DNA of 64,000 bases from Parvularculaceae bacterium (GCA_028280115.1 JANQMJ010000021.1:85893-149892), one strand, 5' to 3'. Shown: positions 8,333-18,000, counted from the stretch's first letter. Notes: generated by a model from the sequence alone, not told the origin. Program-made: numbers and translations.

Positions 8333-9835
8333 ATGGGTCAATCAAGGTTTCGGATCATGCTCGCCGCGTCAGCGGCATTTTTCGTAACAACCGGGCCTCT
8401 TGGCGCGGCCTCGCTCGCCGACGACCCCAAGGTCGCCGCGAAGCTCAAAGCCGCCCAGCTATGGCTTGAAGCGACGCTGGAGCACGAGGCCGTCCCAGCG
8501 GCGTCGGTCGCCATCGTACACGATCAGGAGGTTATCTGGGCGGACGGCTTTGGCGTCGCCAGTCTCGATGCCGGCGCGCCGGCGACGGCGGACACGCGTT
8601 ACAGCGTCTGCTCGATCTCGAAATTGTTCACCAGCATCGGCGCCATGCAGCTGCGCGACGCCGGCGCGCTTAATCTCGACGCGCCGGTGGGCGCCTATCT
8701 CGACTGGTTCGAGATCGGCGACATTGACGGCGCCGAGGAGCCGGTGACGCTGCGCAATATCCTTTCGCATGTCTCCGGCCTGCCGCGCGAAACGGATATT
8801 CCCTACTGGACCGAAGTCGATTTTCCCGACATCGAGACAATCCGGACGACGGTGACGACCCAGGAAAAACTCTATCGCCCATACGATTATTTTCAGTATT
8901 CGAACCTTGGCATGACTCTGGTCGGAGAGACCGTGGCCGCCGTTTCAGGGCGCGGCTTCGACGATTATATGCGCGAGGAGATTCTTGAACCTCTCGGCAT
9001 GGCGCAGACCACGACCGACCATCCCCTGGCGCTGCGCGGCGGCGACTTCGCCGTCGGCTACAAGGCGCGCAACGGCGCCGGGGAGCGCGGCCCGTTCGAA
9101 GGCTATACGATGAAAGGCGTCGCGGCGGCGGCGGGCTTTGTCTCGTCGGTCAATGATCTTTCCAAGTTCGCCAGGTGGCAGTTCCGCCTGCGCGAGAATG
9201 GCGGCGAGGAAATTTTAAAAGCGACAACGCTGCGGGAAATGCAGCGCGTGCACTGGATTGCGCCGGATTTCGACGGCGTCGCCTGGGGGCTGGGCTTTGC
9301 AACGCGGCGCCATCAAGGCAAGACCTTCTGGGGCCATGGCGGCTATTGCCCCGGCTATCGCTCGGAGTTTTTGACCCGGCCGGAAGACAAGCTCGCTTTC
9401 ATCACCATGGTCAACGTCAACGACGTCAATCCGCGGGAAATCGCCTTCGCCCTCTATGATCTTGTCGCCGCCGACATCAAGGCCGCCGCGGAGGCGCGCG
9501 ATAACAAAGACGGCAAGAAGGACCGAAAGAAAAAATCGAAACGGGATTATTCCGTCTATGAAGGCGTCTATCTCATCGAGGGCTACGACTGGCACACCTA
9601 TTTCGGTTTCGACGGGAAAACACTTTTCAGCATCGATCTCTATACGGATAATCCCGCCGGCAGTCTCAGCGAATATGCGCCTGTGGAGGGCGAAGACCAT
9701 CTCTTCAGGCGCAAGCGCGAGGACGGTTCTCTCGCCGAGACCGTGCGCTTTGAGGTCGATAAAGACGGGCGCGCCGCCCGCGTCTGGCGGCACAGCATTT
9801 ACCTGACGCGCCAGGACTATAGGGCCGGGCGGTAA
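8333..9835 (+). CDS. serine hydrolase, class C beta-lactamase/PBP4*-like, secreted
   Basis: Trimmed to [18 protein letters not shown] (signal peptide). SxxK motif in VCSISK and a YSN motif in FQYSNLG. Confidence 0.85.
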   Translation: MGQSRFRIMLAASAAFFVTTGPLGAASLADDPKVAAKLKAAQLWLEATLEHEAVPAASVAIVHDQEVIWADGFGVASLDAGAPATADTRYSVCSISKLFTSIGAMQLRDAGALNLDAPVGAYLDWFEIGDIDGAEEPVTLRNILSHVSGLPRETDIPYWTEVDFPDIETIRTTVTTQEKLYRPYDYFQYSNLGMTLVGETVAAVSGRGFDDYMREEILEPLGMAQTTTDHPLALRGGDFAVGYKARNGAGERGPFEGYTMKGVAAAAGFVSSVNDLSKFARWQFRLRENGGEEILKATTLREMQRVHWIAPDFDGVAWGLGFATRRHQGKTFWGHGGYCPGYRSEFLTRPEDKLAFITMVNVNDVNPREIAFALYDLVAADIKAAAEARDNKDGKKDRKKKSKRDYSVYEGVYLIEGYDWHTYFGFDGKTLFSIDLYTDNPAGSLSEYAPVEGEDHLFRRKREDGSLAETVRFEVDKDGRAARVWRHSIYLTRQDYRAGR

Positions 9836-9840
9836 ATCTG

Positions 9841-9920
9841 CATCACCGAAAAGATGTCCTTGTCGCCGCGGCCGCACATATTAAGGAGCAGTATTTGGTC
9901 GCGGCCCATGGCGCCGGCAT
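9841..9920 (-). pseudogene. relic of a trpB 3' end (encodes [26 protein letters not shown])
   Basis: 72/80 nt identical to 10616-10695 inside intact trpB. The 7 differences inside the 78-nt coding part are all synonymous in the trpB frame. No upstream trpB body is attached. Confidence 0.8.
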
Positions 9921-9937
9921 AACGCGGGCGGGTGCCG

Positions 9938-10264
9938 TCAACTTCCGTCAAGCGCTCGTATTACCGCGCTCGGATTGCGGGCGATGACTTTGAGATATGC
10001 CTTGGCGGCACCGTCGGGTTCATAACGGGCCTGCTCCCAGTCCCGCAACGTGCCGATTGCGATCTGGAATTTCGCCGCAAATTCCTCCTGCGTCATGTTC
10101 AGTGCGCGGCGAATGATTTTCGCTTGCGGCGTCCGCCGCATGCGCCGCATATCGCCGGCCGACAAAGGCTGCGCATCAGGGTCGGACAAAGCCGCTTCAA
10201 GCTTTTCCTGGTCGCTCATCGCGTCGAATTTTGACCAGCCTGCTTTTTTTGCCTTCTTACTCAT
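9938..10264 (-). CDS. brnA: BrnA-like antitoxin with C-terminal XRE-type HTH
   Basis: Trimmed to MSKKAKK. The start overlaps the brnT stop by 8 nt (ATGAGTAA). The C-terminus reads [44 protein letters not shown]. Confidence 0.8.
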   Translation of the reverse strand: MSKKAKKAGWSKFDAMSDQEKLEAALSDPDAQPLSAGDMRRMRRTPQAKIIRRALNMTQEEFAAKFQIAIGTLRDWEQARYEPDGAAKAYLKVIARNPSAVIRALDGS

Positions 10265-10541
10265 TTTCCTGCATGTACCGTCGTCTTTCATTCGGCAACG
10301 CGCCGCGCGCCGAAATGATGCGTATGCGCTGTTCTCTCATAGTATAGGCGACGAATAACACTCTGTTTTCGGCCATTCCCAAGATGCGATGCCGGATTTC
10401 ACCATAGCCGGCGTTTTCATCGATCCATTCCAAAGCGAAAGGATCGTCAAAAACGCCCCTCGCTTGTTCAAAGGCGACGCCATGTTTTTTTGCATTCGCG
10501 TCCGCCTTCTCATCATCCCACTCAAATTCATCGTCGATCAT
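10257..10541 (-). CDS. brnT: BrnT-family (DUF497) type II toxin
   Basis: 94 aa. FEWDDEKADANAKKHGVAFEQARGVFDDP...RILGMAENRVLFVAYTMREQRIRIISAR is a typical BrnT pattern. Confidence 0.85.
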   Translation of the reverse strand: MIDDEFEWDDEKADANAKKHGVAFEQARGVFDDPFALEWIDENAGYGEIRHRILGMAENRVLFVAYTMREQRIRIISARGALPNERRRYMQENE

Positions 10542-10594
10542 TATATACGGGCAGCCCGTAGTTTTGTCAAGTCGCGGAATTCTTTCAGCCGTTG

Positions 10595-11839
10595 TCAGCC
10601 GCCGCCCAGCGCGTCCATCACCGAGAAGATATCCTTATCGCCGCGGCCGCACATGTTGAGGAGCAGGATCTGGTCGCGGCCCATGGCGCCGGCCTTGTCG
10701 ACGGCGCGGGCAAGCGCATGGGCCGGTTCAAGCGCCGGGATGATCCCTTCGAGCCGGGCGCAAAACTGAAACGCCTCAAGCGCTTCAGCATCGCTCGCGG
10801 ATACATATTCAACCCGGCCGGTCTCATGAAGCCAGGCGTGCTCCGGGCCGATGCCGGGATAATCAAGGCCCGCCGAGATTGAGTGGGCTTCCTGGATCTG
10901 GCCGTCCTCGTTCTGGAGGAGATAGGTCCGGTTGCCGTGAAGGACGCCGGGCCGTCCGCCGGCAAGGGAGGCGGCGTGTTCGTCGGTCTCGACGCCCTTG
11001 CCCGCCGCCTCGACGCCGATGATTTCAACCCCTGCGTCGTCAAGAAAGGGATGGAAGAGGCCGATGGCGTTGGACCCGCCGCCGATGCAGGCCATGACGC
11101 AGTCGGGCAGGCGGCCTTCGGCGTCATGCATCTGGGCCTTGGCCTCTTCGCCGATCACCGACTGAAAGTCGCGCACCATGGCCGGATAGGGATGCGGGCC
11201 CGCCGCGGTGCCGATGATGTAAAAGGTTGAGTCCACATTGGTGACCCAGTCTCTGAGCGCCTCGTTCATCGCGTCTTTGAGGGTCGCGCGGCCCGACGTC
11301 ACCGGTATGACCTCGGCGCCGAGCAGCTTCATGCGGAAAACATTGGGCTTTTGCCGCTCCACATCGGTTTCGCCCATATAGACCACACAGGGCAGACCGA
11401 AGCGGGCGCACACCGTCGCCGTCGCCACGCCATGCTGGCCGGCGCCGGTTTCGGCGATGATGCGGGTCTTACCCATGCGCCGGGCGAGCAGGATCTGACC
11501 CATGCAGTTGTTGATCTTGTGGGCGCCGGTATGGTTGAGCTCGTCGCGCTTGAAATAGATTTTCGCGCCCCGGTCAGACCCGGCCTTTTCGCGGACATAC
11601 CCGGTCAGCCGCTCGGCGAAATAGAGGGGCGAGGGCCGGCCCACATAATGTTTCAGGTAATACGCAAGTTCTTCCTTGAAACTCTTGTCCTTTCTGGCCG
11701 CGTCATACTCTTTTTCCAGGGCCAGGACGAGCGGCATTAAGGTCTCGGCGACGAAGCGGCCGCCGAACTTGCCGAAGCGTCCTTCCGGGTCTGGGCCGGC
11801 GCGGTAGGAATTAGGGGGATGAGTGTCGGGTTGGGTCAC
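10595..11839 (-). CDS. trpB: tryptophan synthase beta chain
   Basis: GTG start. [26 protein letters not shown] (PLP lysine) and GGGSNAIG motifs. 414 aa. Confidence 0.97.
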   Translation of the reverse strand: MTQPDTHPPNSYRAGPDPEGRFGKFGGRFVAETLMPLVLALEKEYDAARKDKSFKEELAYYLKHYVGRPSPLYFAERLTGYVREKAGSDRGAKIYFKRDELNHTGAHKINNCMGQILLARRMGKTRIIAETGAGQHGVATATVCARFGLPCVVYMGETDVERQKPNVFRMKLLGAEVIPVTSGRATLKDAMNEALRDWVTNVDSTFYIIGTAAGPHPYPAMVRDFQSVIGEEAKAQMHDAEGRLPDCVMACIGGGSNAIGLFHPFLDDAGVEIIGVEAAGKGVETDEHAASLAGGRPGVLHGNRTYLLQNEDGQIQEAHSISAGLDYPGIGPEHAWLHETGRVEYVSASDAEALEAFQFCARLEGIIPALEPAHALARAVDKAGAMGRDQILLLNMCGRGDKDIFSVMDALGGG

Positions 11840-11862
11840 GGCGGTAAAAACGGGGTTTAGCT

Positions 11863-12456
11863 TTAGCCTTCGCTAAGTTGGGCGAAAAGTAATTCAGCGA
11901 GATACGCCTCTAGCTTCGAAAAATCGAGATTACCTTGATCCCAGGCATGATCCGCCGCTTGCAGCGCAAGATAATATGGTTTCCTGTTTTCACGGATTCT
12001 TTCAGGCAAGATCTTTTTGCCGGGCAGCAATGTTCCGGCTCTGGCGCAAATCAAATAATAGCAAGCTGCACGAGCAGTGCGGCCATTTCCTTCAATAAAA
12101 GGGTGAATCCACAACAAGCGCCACAAACCGTATGCGCCTAACTCCGTTGGGGACCAGTTGAACCAGTTTTCATGAATCGTTGAGATGAAACGATCCATAA
12201 GCGCCGGGACTTCTTTGAAATGCGGCGGCTTATGATTGCCGACATAGATCGGTTCTTCCCGGAACCGGCCGGCGAACTGGCAGATATTTGCAACCGCTAC
12301 GTGGTTCAGGTGCCATAGAACATATTTATCGAAAGACGTGTGGCCATACTTTAAGCCTATCTCTACACAGTTCGTTAGAAGATCGTATTGTCGCGCAAGG
12401 TTCGCTTCCTGAACTTGAGCGTATAATTCAGGGTCCTGCTCTTCAATAACGATCAT
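11863..12456 (-). CDS. fic: Fic-family protein (AMPylation-type active-site motif)
   Basis: Canonical [12 protein letters not shown] (HxFx[D/E]GNGRxxR). 197 aa. Visibly AT-richer than its neighbours. Stop lies 23 nt before the trpB start. Confidence 0.9.
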   Translation of the reverse strand: MIVIEEQDPELYAQVQEANLARQYDLLTNCVEIGLKYGHTSFDKYVLWHLNHVAVANICQFAGRFREEPIYVGNHKPPHFKEVPALMDRFISTIHENWFNWSPTELGAYGLWRLLWIHPFIEGNGRTARAACYYLICARAGTLLPGKKILPERIRENRKPYYLALQAADHAWDQGNLDFSKLEAYLAELLFAQLSEG

Positions 12457-12473
12457 TACTTAAGGGGTCGTTT

Positions 12474-12686
12474 CTAAGCCGAAATCAGCCTATTTCGCGT
12501 TGAAACGCGGCGGGCAGATTCCTTAGTAATGCGATCTGCGCCGTCAGGCGCATTGCCATACACGAAGCTAATACGCTGCTCGCGTAATTCTTCGTCTGAA
12601 ACGCCTTTTTTCTTCGCCTCTTCCAGAAGCGCATTTAATTCCGGGCGCTCTGGAGCAGGTTTTAAAACTGATTTTCTGGCTGCCAT
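12474..12686 (-). CDS. small protein upstream of fic (70 aa), candidate Fic partner/antitoxin
   Basis: ATG start, ending 17 nt before the fic start on the same strand. No canonical (S/T)xxxE(G/N) motif; the closest match is SFVYGN. Confidence 0.5.
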   Translation of the reverse strand: MAARKSVLKPAPERPELNALLEEAKKKGVSDEELREQRISFVYGNAPDGADRITKESARRVSTRNRLISA

Positions 12687-12895
12687 TTTTATTCTCGCTG
12701 CGGGAACGAAATATAACCCGTAATGCTAAGCGCGGGAATCTCCTAAATTCGCTATATTGTATATTTAAGATCAATCTTTGACGAAAAAATGCGGCCAATT
12801 ACATTTATCTCGATTATTAAACCTCTTTAAAAACATGCCATTATAGGAAAACCCAGACCCATCTCGGGAAAATATCCGGTTTCAAGTCAAAAACC

Positions 12896-13516
12896 CTATT
12901 CCACCGCCGGCGTGATCGGCGCCTCGCCAAGCTTGACCTTGATGCGGGCGAAAGATGTCCAGTCCGGCGGTCTGACCAGGAAGATCGCCCCTGAAGGAAT
13001 CTCTTCTTCGCCCGCCTCTGCGGTAGCGCCATAGAGCGGCGCGATGTTGGAATGGCTCGACAGGATGATGTTGGTTCCGGGATTGGCGGCGAGTTCGGTC
13101 TCGATCTTCTTTTTGAACCCAGCGACCGCATCGGCGTCGGTGGTCATCTGGGAATCGCTCGGCGCTACCGGCGCGCCGCCAGCGACAAGACGCGCCGTAT
13201 CCCAGGCGCGGCACATCCGGCTGGTATAGGCGTTCAAGATCGGAACTTTTTGTTCCGCCAGTAATTCACCCAGCGCCCGGGCCTGAAAAAAACCTTCGGC
13301 GTCGAGACCGCGACCTTCGGCCAGCGTGCAGCCTGCGCTCATGCCCACTGAAGCCTTTTGACCGTGGGGCGAATTGGCGTGACGCATGACGAGGACGACG
13401 CCCCCTTCGCGCAACTGGTCGAACGCGCCCTTGTCCGCGCCGGCTTCGTCCGTCTCCAGCGCCAGGGCCGGGGTCGCCGCGGCCGCCAGCAACAATGCTG
13501 CGCACAAAAACCGCAT
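12896..13516 (-). CDS. histidine phosphatase superfamily protein, secreted
   Basis: Trimmed to MRFLCAALLLAAAATPALA (signal peptide; GAAAGG RBS). VLVMRHANSPHG resembles the RHG catalytic motif. The second His lies in SSHSN. Confidence 0.7.
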   Translation of the reverse strand: MRFLCAALLLAAAATPALALETDEAGADKGAFDQLREGGVVLVMRHANSPHGQKASVGMSAGCTLAEGRGLDAEGFFQARALGELLAEQKVPILNAYTSRMCRAWDTARLVAGGAPVAPSDSQMTTDADAVAGFKKKIETELAANPGTNIILSSHSNIAPLYGATAEAGEEEIPSGAIFLVRPPDWTSFARIKVKLGEAPITPAVE

Positions 13517-13526
13517 AAACGCCTTT

Positions 13527-14204
13527 CTAGTGAGCCGATTTCGCATTCAAAACAAAGGCCTTGACCAGATCGTCGTCCTTTTCGCCGAGCGCTTTTTCAA
13601 CCCCGCTGGAAACGTCGACGCCGAAAAACGCCGCCGCGTTCTTTTGCGCGGCGATCGCCGCGGCGACATTGTCCGGGCCGAGTCCGCCGGCGACCAGATA
13701 AGGCGTTTCGCCGCCATAGGCCGCGAGCGCCGACCAGTCGAAGGCGGCGCCGTGCCCGCCCGGCCGAGCCGCGCCCGGCGGCGGCTTGGCGTCGAACAAT
13801 AAAAGATCGGCGGTTTCGGCGTAGTCATCGGCGCTCGACAAATCGCCCGCAGCGCCGACCGGTATGGCCTTGATCACGTCGACGGCGAATTTTACGCCCA
13901 TTTCCGCGCAGCGCTCAGGGCTTTCGCGGCCGTGAAACTGGAAATGGGTGAGGAACGGCGCGGCCTCGGAGAGTTCCTTTTCGCCGGCGTCGACAAACAG
14001 GCCGACCAGTTTCGGCAAGGCAAAACCATCGTCGAAGCTGGCTTGTTTGAGTTCCACAACAAGCGCCTCGGCCGCCTCGGACAAGATGAAACGCGGGCTT
14101 TTGCGGAAAAACACAAAGCCCAGCATATCCGCGCCCGCGCGCGCCGCGGCCAGCGCGGTTTCAAGGCGGCGCACGCCGCAGATTTTGACCGCTTTGGCGC
14201 TCAT
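13527..14204 (-). CDS. trpF: phosphoribosylanthranilate isomerase
   Basis: VKICGV N-terminus, FLLFDAKPP...GG.G..FDW and VAGGLGPDNV patterns are typical of TrpF. Confidence 0.9.
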   Translation of the reverse strand: MSAKAVKICGVRRLETALAAARAGADMLGFVFFRKSPRFILSEAAEALVVELKQASFDDGFALPKLVGLFVDAGEKELSEAAPFLTHFQFHGRESPERCAEMGVKFAVDVIKAIPVGAAGDLSSADDYAETADLLLFDAKPPPGAARPGGHGAAFDWSALAAYGGETPYLVAGGLGPDNVAAAIAAQKNAAAFFGVDVSSGVEKALGEKDDDLVKAFVLNAKSAH

Positions 14205-14225
14205 CGGCGCGGGAAAAGAAAGATT

Positions 14226-14588
14226 TCAGGCATCGTTGCTTTCAAGCAGGGGCGGCTGGACGCCGCCCACCGCGGTCTCCGCGGCGCGCAGTTTGGCCTG
14301 CGTGTCCTTGAGTTCCTTGCGCAGGGTCTTGAGTTCGCGGTGTTCGGCGCGGGCGCGTTGGCGTTTCGGACGGGCGGAAAGCCACATGCCCGCGGCCCCG
14401 GCCCCCAGCCCCAGGAACAGCATCGCCATGAGCCAGAACCACAGGGGCAGGCCCGGCGTGGAAAGCGCCGGATTATCGGGTCTGAACGGATCGAAGCTGA
14501 TCGGAACCGGCTGGCGGTTGGCGACCAGGAACGTCACCATGACGACCAGCGCCGGGATCCAGAGGAGACGAAAAAGCCACTTTTTCAT
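14226..14588 (-). CDS. LapA-domain (DUF1049) inner-membrane protein
   Basis: MKKWLFRLLWIPALVVMVTFLVANRQPVPISFDPF plus a second TM and a coiled C-terminus. It has the conserved position between ihfB and trpF. Confidence 0.75.
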   Translation of the reverse strand: MKKWLFRLLWIPALVVMVTFLVANRQPVPISFDPFRPDNPALSTPGLPLWFWLMAMLFLGLGAGAAGMWLSARPKRQRARAEHRELKTLRKELKDTQAKLRAAETAVGGVQPPLLESNDA

Positions 14589-14649
14589 GGCTGCAATGTC
14601 TCACATCAGGCGCAATGCGCGCAATCGGGCGCGCCTTGCGAATAGGGCG

Positions 14650-14979
14650 TCATTCGGCCGGGGCCTCGCTCATATCGCGGGCGGCCGCGGAAAACCGCCC
14701 CTCGCGATTGAGCCGGTCGCGCAATTCCTTGCCGGCTTTAAAGAAAGGCGACCATTTTTCCTCTATATGGACCGCTTCGCCGCTGCGCGGATTGCGGCCG
14801 ATGCGGGCCGGCCGGTGCTTGACGGAAAAGGCGCCGAAGCCGCGCAGTTCTACCCGATCGCCGCGCGCCAGCGCATCGGTGATCTCGTCGAAGACAATGG
14901 AGACGATACGCTCGATGTCGCGATGGAACAGATTCGGATTCTCATCGGCGAGTTTCTGCACCAATTCGGATTTGATCAT
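14650..14979 (-). CDS. ihfB: integration host factor subunit beta
   Basis: Trimmed to [11 protein letters not shown].... [22 protein letters not shown] is an HU/IHF arm. Confidence 0.9.
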   Translation of the reverse strand: MIKSELVQKLADENPNLFHRDIERIVSIVFDEITDALARGDRVELRGFGAFSVKHRPARIGRNPRSGEAVHIEEKWSPFFKAGKELRDRLNREGRFSAAARDMSEAPAE

Positions 14980-15130
14980 TTCCCACTTGCTCCCCGCCGG
15001 CATCGCTGTGACACGCGATACACGATCCAATGTTGGAAAAAATACGCGAATTCAATCAGTTACACTGGCAAACGCGGGATGCGGCGTCAAGGCGCTTTTC
15101 GCATAAAGTGCGGAAATGTAAGGACGATTT

Positions 15131-15910
15131 ATGACGCAACGCGAAGAAGGCAAAACCAGCTTCGGCTTTCGCACCGTAAAGGCGGGCGAAAAGGAGCACT
15201 TAGTGCGCGGCGTCTTCGACAGCGTCGCCGGACGCTACGACCTCATGAACGACCTTATGTCCGGCGGCGTTCATCGTCTTTGGAAAGGCGTTCTGCTCGA
15301 CCGGCTCAATCCTCAGCCGGGCCAGCGCCTGATCGACGCCGCCGGCGGCACCGGCGATATTGCGCTGGGATTTTTAAAGCGCGCCGGCGGACGGCCCGGC
15401 GCCGCGCATAAGCCGCCGGCGCAGGCGGTGATTTGCGACATTAATTTCGAAATGCTGAGCGCCGGCGCCGCGCGCAAGGACGCGGGAAAATTTTCCGGCC
15501 GGCTTGCGCGGGCCGCCGGCGACGCCGAGCGCCTGCCGCTTGAAGACGGCTGCGCCGACGCCTATGCGATCGCCTTCGGTATACGGAACGTTACCGACAT
15601 GGACGCCGCCCTTGCCGAGGCGCGGCGGGTTCTGCGAATTGGCGGACGGTTTATTTGCCTTGAGTTTTCTCATCCGACGACGGAGGGTTTGCAAAAGATT
15701 TACGACGCCTATTCGTTCAATGCGATCCCGAAGCTCGGCGAGACGATCGCAAAAGACCGCGACGCCTATCAGTATCTTGTTGAATCGATCCGCAAATTTC
15801 CCGGCCAGGAGGCGTTCGCCCGGCACATCAAGGCGGCCGGGCTTTCCCGCGTCGCTTACGAAAACCTCAGCGGCGGGATCGCGGCGCTGCATATGGCCTG
15901 GCGGATTTAA
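15131..15910 (+). CDS. ubiE: ubiquinone/menaquinone biosynthesis C-methyltransferase
   Basis: FGFRTV...KEHLVRGVFDSVAGRYDLMNDLMSGGVHRLWK and SAM motif DAAGGTGD. Confidence 0.93.
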   Translation: MTQREEGKTSFGFRTVKAGEKEHLVRGVFDSVAGRYDLMNDLMSGGVHRLWKGVLLDRLNPQPGQRLIDAAGGTGDIALGFLKRAGGRPGAAHKPPAQAVICDINFEMLSAGAARKDAGKFSGRLARAAGDAERLPLEDGCADAYAIAFGIRNVTDMDAALAEARRVLRIGGRFICLEFSHPTTEGLQKIYDAYSFNAIPKLGETIAKDRDAYQYLVESIRKFPGQEAFARHIKAAGLSRVAYENLSGGIAALHMAWRI

Positions 15911-15912
15911 TC

Positions 15913-17475
15913 ATGATCGCCGCGCTCGCAGACGCCGCCCGCCTGATCCGCGCCGGATGGACGCTGATGCGCCATGACGCGCTGATCCCGCGCGAATTCG
16001 CCCATCTCGCCCCGGCGTCGGTGCGCGCGTTCGGCGCGGTGACGCGCATCGGCGCGCGCGGCGGCAACAAGCGCCCCGGCGAGCGCCTTGCCGCCGCGTT
16101 CGAAAAGCTGGGGCCCATGTATGTCAAGCTCGGCCAGTTCATGGCGACCCGGCCCGACATTATCGGCTTTGAAATGGCCGACGATCTTTCCCGGCTGCAG
16201 GACAAGATGCCGCCCTTTTCGGAACGCGAAGCGCGGCGGGAAATCGAACGGTCCTTCGGCAAGCCGGTCGACGAACTTTTCGCGGAATTTTCCGCGCCGG
16301 TGGCCGCGGCCTCCATCGCGCAGGCGCATCGCGCCAAACTGAAAGACGGCGACGAGGTCGCCGTGAAAATCCTCCGCCCACGAATTGAAATCAAAGCCGC
16401 GCGGGAATTTCGCGCCTTCGGCCGCGCCGCCCGCGCCTTTGAGCGGTTTTCCAAAGCCGCGCGCCGCCTGGAGCCGGTGAAATTCATCGAGACGCTCAAA
16501 ACCGCGGCCGCCATCGAACTCGACTTGCGCATGGAAGCCGGCGCGGCGTCGGAACTCGCTGAAAACCTCGCCGGCGAACCGATGGTGCGCATCCCGGACG
16601 TGGTCTGGCCGCTCAGCGCGCGGCGGGTGCTGACCGTTGAATGGATCGACGGGATTGCGATTTCCGATCTCAAGGCCCTCGATGCCGCCGGCGTCGACCG
16701 CCCGGCGCTCGCCAAGCACGTCATCTCGACTTTCCTGAAGCAGGCCCTGCATACCGGTTTTTTTCACGCCGACATGCATCAGGGCAATCTCATCATAGAC
16801 GGCCAGGGCCGGCTGTGCCTGATCGATTTCGGCATTATGGGCCGGCTCGACGAGGACGCGCGGCGCGCCTTTGCGGAAATCATCTACGGCTTCATCGTGC
16901 GCGATTACCGGCGCACCGCGGAAGTCCATTTCAAGGCGGGCTATGTGCCGCCGGGCTATTCGGTCGAAGCCTTCGCCCAGGCCCTGCGCTCGGTGGGCGA
17001 GCCGCTGCAGGGCAAAAACGCCTCGCAAGTCGACATGTCGCGCATGCTGCAGCAGCTGTTCGACGTCACCGCCCTTTTCGACATGCACTTGCGGCCGGAA
17101 CTCGTCCTGCTTCAGCGCACCATGGTCGCGGTCGAGGGGGTGGCGCGGCTGCTCGATCCGGAGATCAACATCTGGGAGGCCGCCAGCCCCGAGGTGCGCG
17201 CCTATGTCAATGACGCCATCGGCCCCCGGGCGCAGGCGGAAAAAGTCAGGACTGCCGCGCAGCAGGCGCTCGAACTGGCGCCGCAACTGCCGCTTTATGT
17301 GAGCGAAATCGGCAAGGCGGCGCAACGCATCAACGAGGACAATCTCAGCCTTTCGAATGCGTCGACCGACGCGCTCGCCCGCGCCCTGTCGCGCGAGGGA
17401 CGGATGACTCGCGCCGCGCTCTGGGTCGCGGGGCTTGCGGCTGTCGCTCTTCTCGCGATTGTGATGCTCCGGTGA
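15913..17475 (+). CDS. ubiB: ubiquinone biosynthesis ABC1/UbiB-family kinase-like protein
   Basis: KLGPMYVKLGQFMATRPD, AAASIAQAH, FFHADMHQGN and IDFGIMG motifs, plus C-terminal TM. Follows ubiE by 2 nt. Confidence 0.93.
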   Translation: MIAALADAARLIRAGWTLMRHDALIPREFAHLAPASVRAFGAVTRIGARGGNKRPGERLAAAFEKLGPMYVKLGQFMATRPDIIGFEMADDLSRLQDKMPPFSEREARREIERSFGKPVDELFAEFSAPVAAASIAQAHRAKLKDGDEVAVKILRPRIEIKAAREFRAFGRAARAFERFSKAARRLEPVKFIETLKTAAAIELDLRMEAGAASELAENLAGEPMVRIPDVVWPLSARRVLTVEWIDGIAISDLKALDAAGVDRPALAKHVISTFLKQALHTGFFHADMHQGNLIIDGQGRLCLIDFGIMGRLDEDARRAFAEIIYGFIVRDYRRTAEVHFKAGYVPPGYSVEAFAQALRSVGEPLQGKNASQVDMSRMLQQLFDVTALFDMHLRPELVLLQRTMVAVEGVARLLDPEINIWEAASPEVRAYVNDAIGPRAQAEKVRTAAQQALELAPQLPLYVSEIGKAAQRINEDNLSLSNASTDALARALSREGRMTRAALWVAGLAAVALLAIVMLR

Positions 17476-17537
17476 AACGATAGATCCGGGCGATTTATCA
17501 CCGACGCAAAACTCCTCACTCCGCTTTCCCCGGCGCC

Positions 17538-17586
17538 CGCCGTCATTCCGGACGGCCTGAAAAGGCCGATCCGGAATCCATGGCGC
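17538..17586. repeat. REP-like palindromic element (short form)
   Basis: cgccgtcattccggacgg...ggccgatccggaatccatggcgc. Both ends are identical to the element at 20126-20216. It forms an imperfect hairpin just downstream of ubiB. Confidence 0.75.
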
Positions 17587-17625
17587 CGCCGTTCAGCCGT
17601 TTCAGCGGTTATGGAAATGGCCGGT

Positions 17626-18000
17626 TCATATTCGCCGGCTCCCGAGCCAGCCGCAAAGCGCCATCGGTCCGAACACGATCCATTGCGGCAAATTGAGCGG
17701 GTTGAGTCCAAACGCCAAAATCACCGCCCAGATCAGGACGAAGAACGAAGCAGCGAGCGCTGAGGCCAGTTTGACGCTGTCCGCCGAGCGCCGCCAGAAG
17801 ATTGCGTCCGCAAACAGGAGCGCCATGCCGGCGAGCACCACACTGATCCCATGCCAGCAAAGATAAAGCGTCATGCGCGGCAAGGTCGAAAGCTCGCTTT
17901 CCAGAAGCGGGCGCGCAATCAGCCCGCCGCCAATGAAAACATGCACCCCCGTCATCACGACGGCGAGGGCGAAGGCGCTGATTAACCAGAGATTTTTCAC
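17626..18000 (-). CDS. hypothetical 4-TM membrane protein
   Basis: 124 aa, four hydrophobic segments. No motif recognised. Confidence 0.55.
   Translation of the reverse strand: MKNLWLISAFALAVVMTGVHVFIGGGLIARPLLESELSTLPRMTLYLCWHGISVVLAGMALLFADAIFWRRSADSVKLASALAASFFVLIWAVILAFGLNPLNLPQWIVFGPMALCGWLGSRRI

Noticed and set aside
12687-12895. Promoter for the small-ORF/fic pair in the AT-rich spacer.
   Set aside because: Several TTGA-type hexamers are present, but none has a convincing -10 element at 16-18 bp spacing. It cannot be placed without TSS data.
15907-17325. 472-aa minus-strand ORF opposite ubiB. Similar long antisense or out-of-frame ORFs occur at 13948..15411, 18205..19353, 27863..28876, 28770..29945, 29942..31435, 32499..33650, 35849..36940, 45467..46399, 47485..48693, 58688..59416 and 61807..63249.
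   Set aside because: These products are Arg/Ala/Gly/Pro-rich and of low complexity. They lie opposite or out of frame to genes with strong conserved motifs. Such shadow ORFs are expected in high-GC DNA because stop codons are rare.
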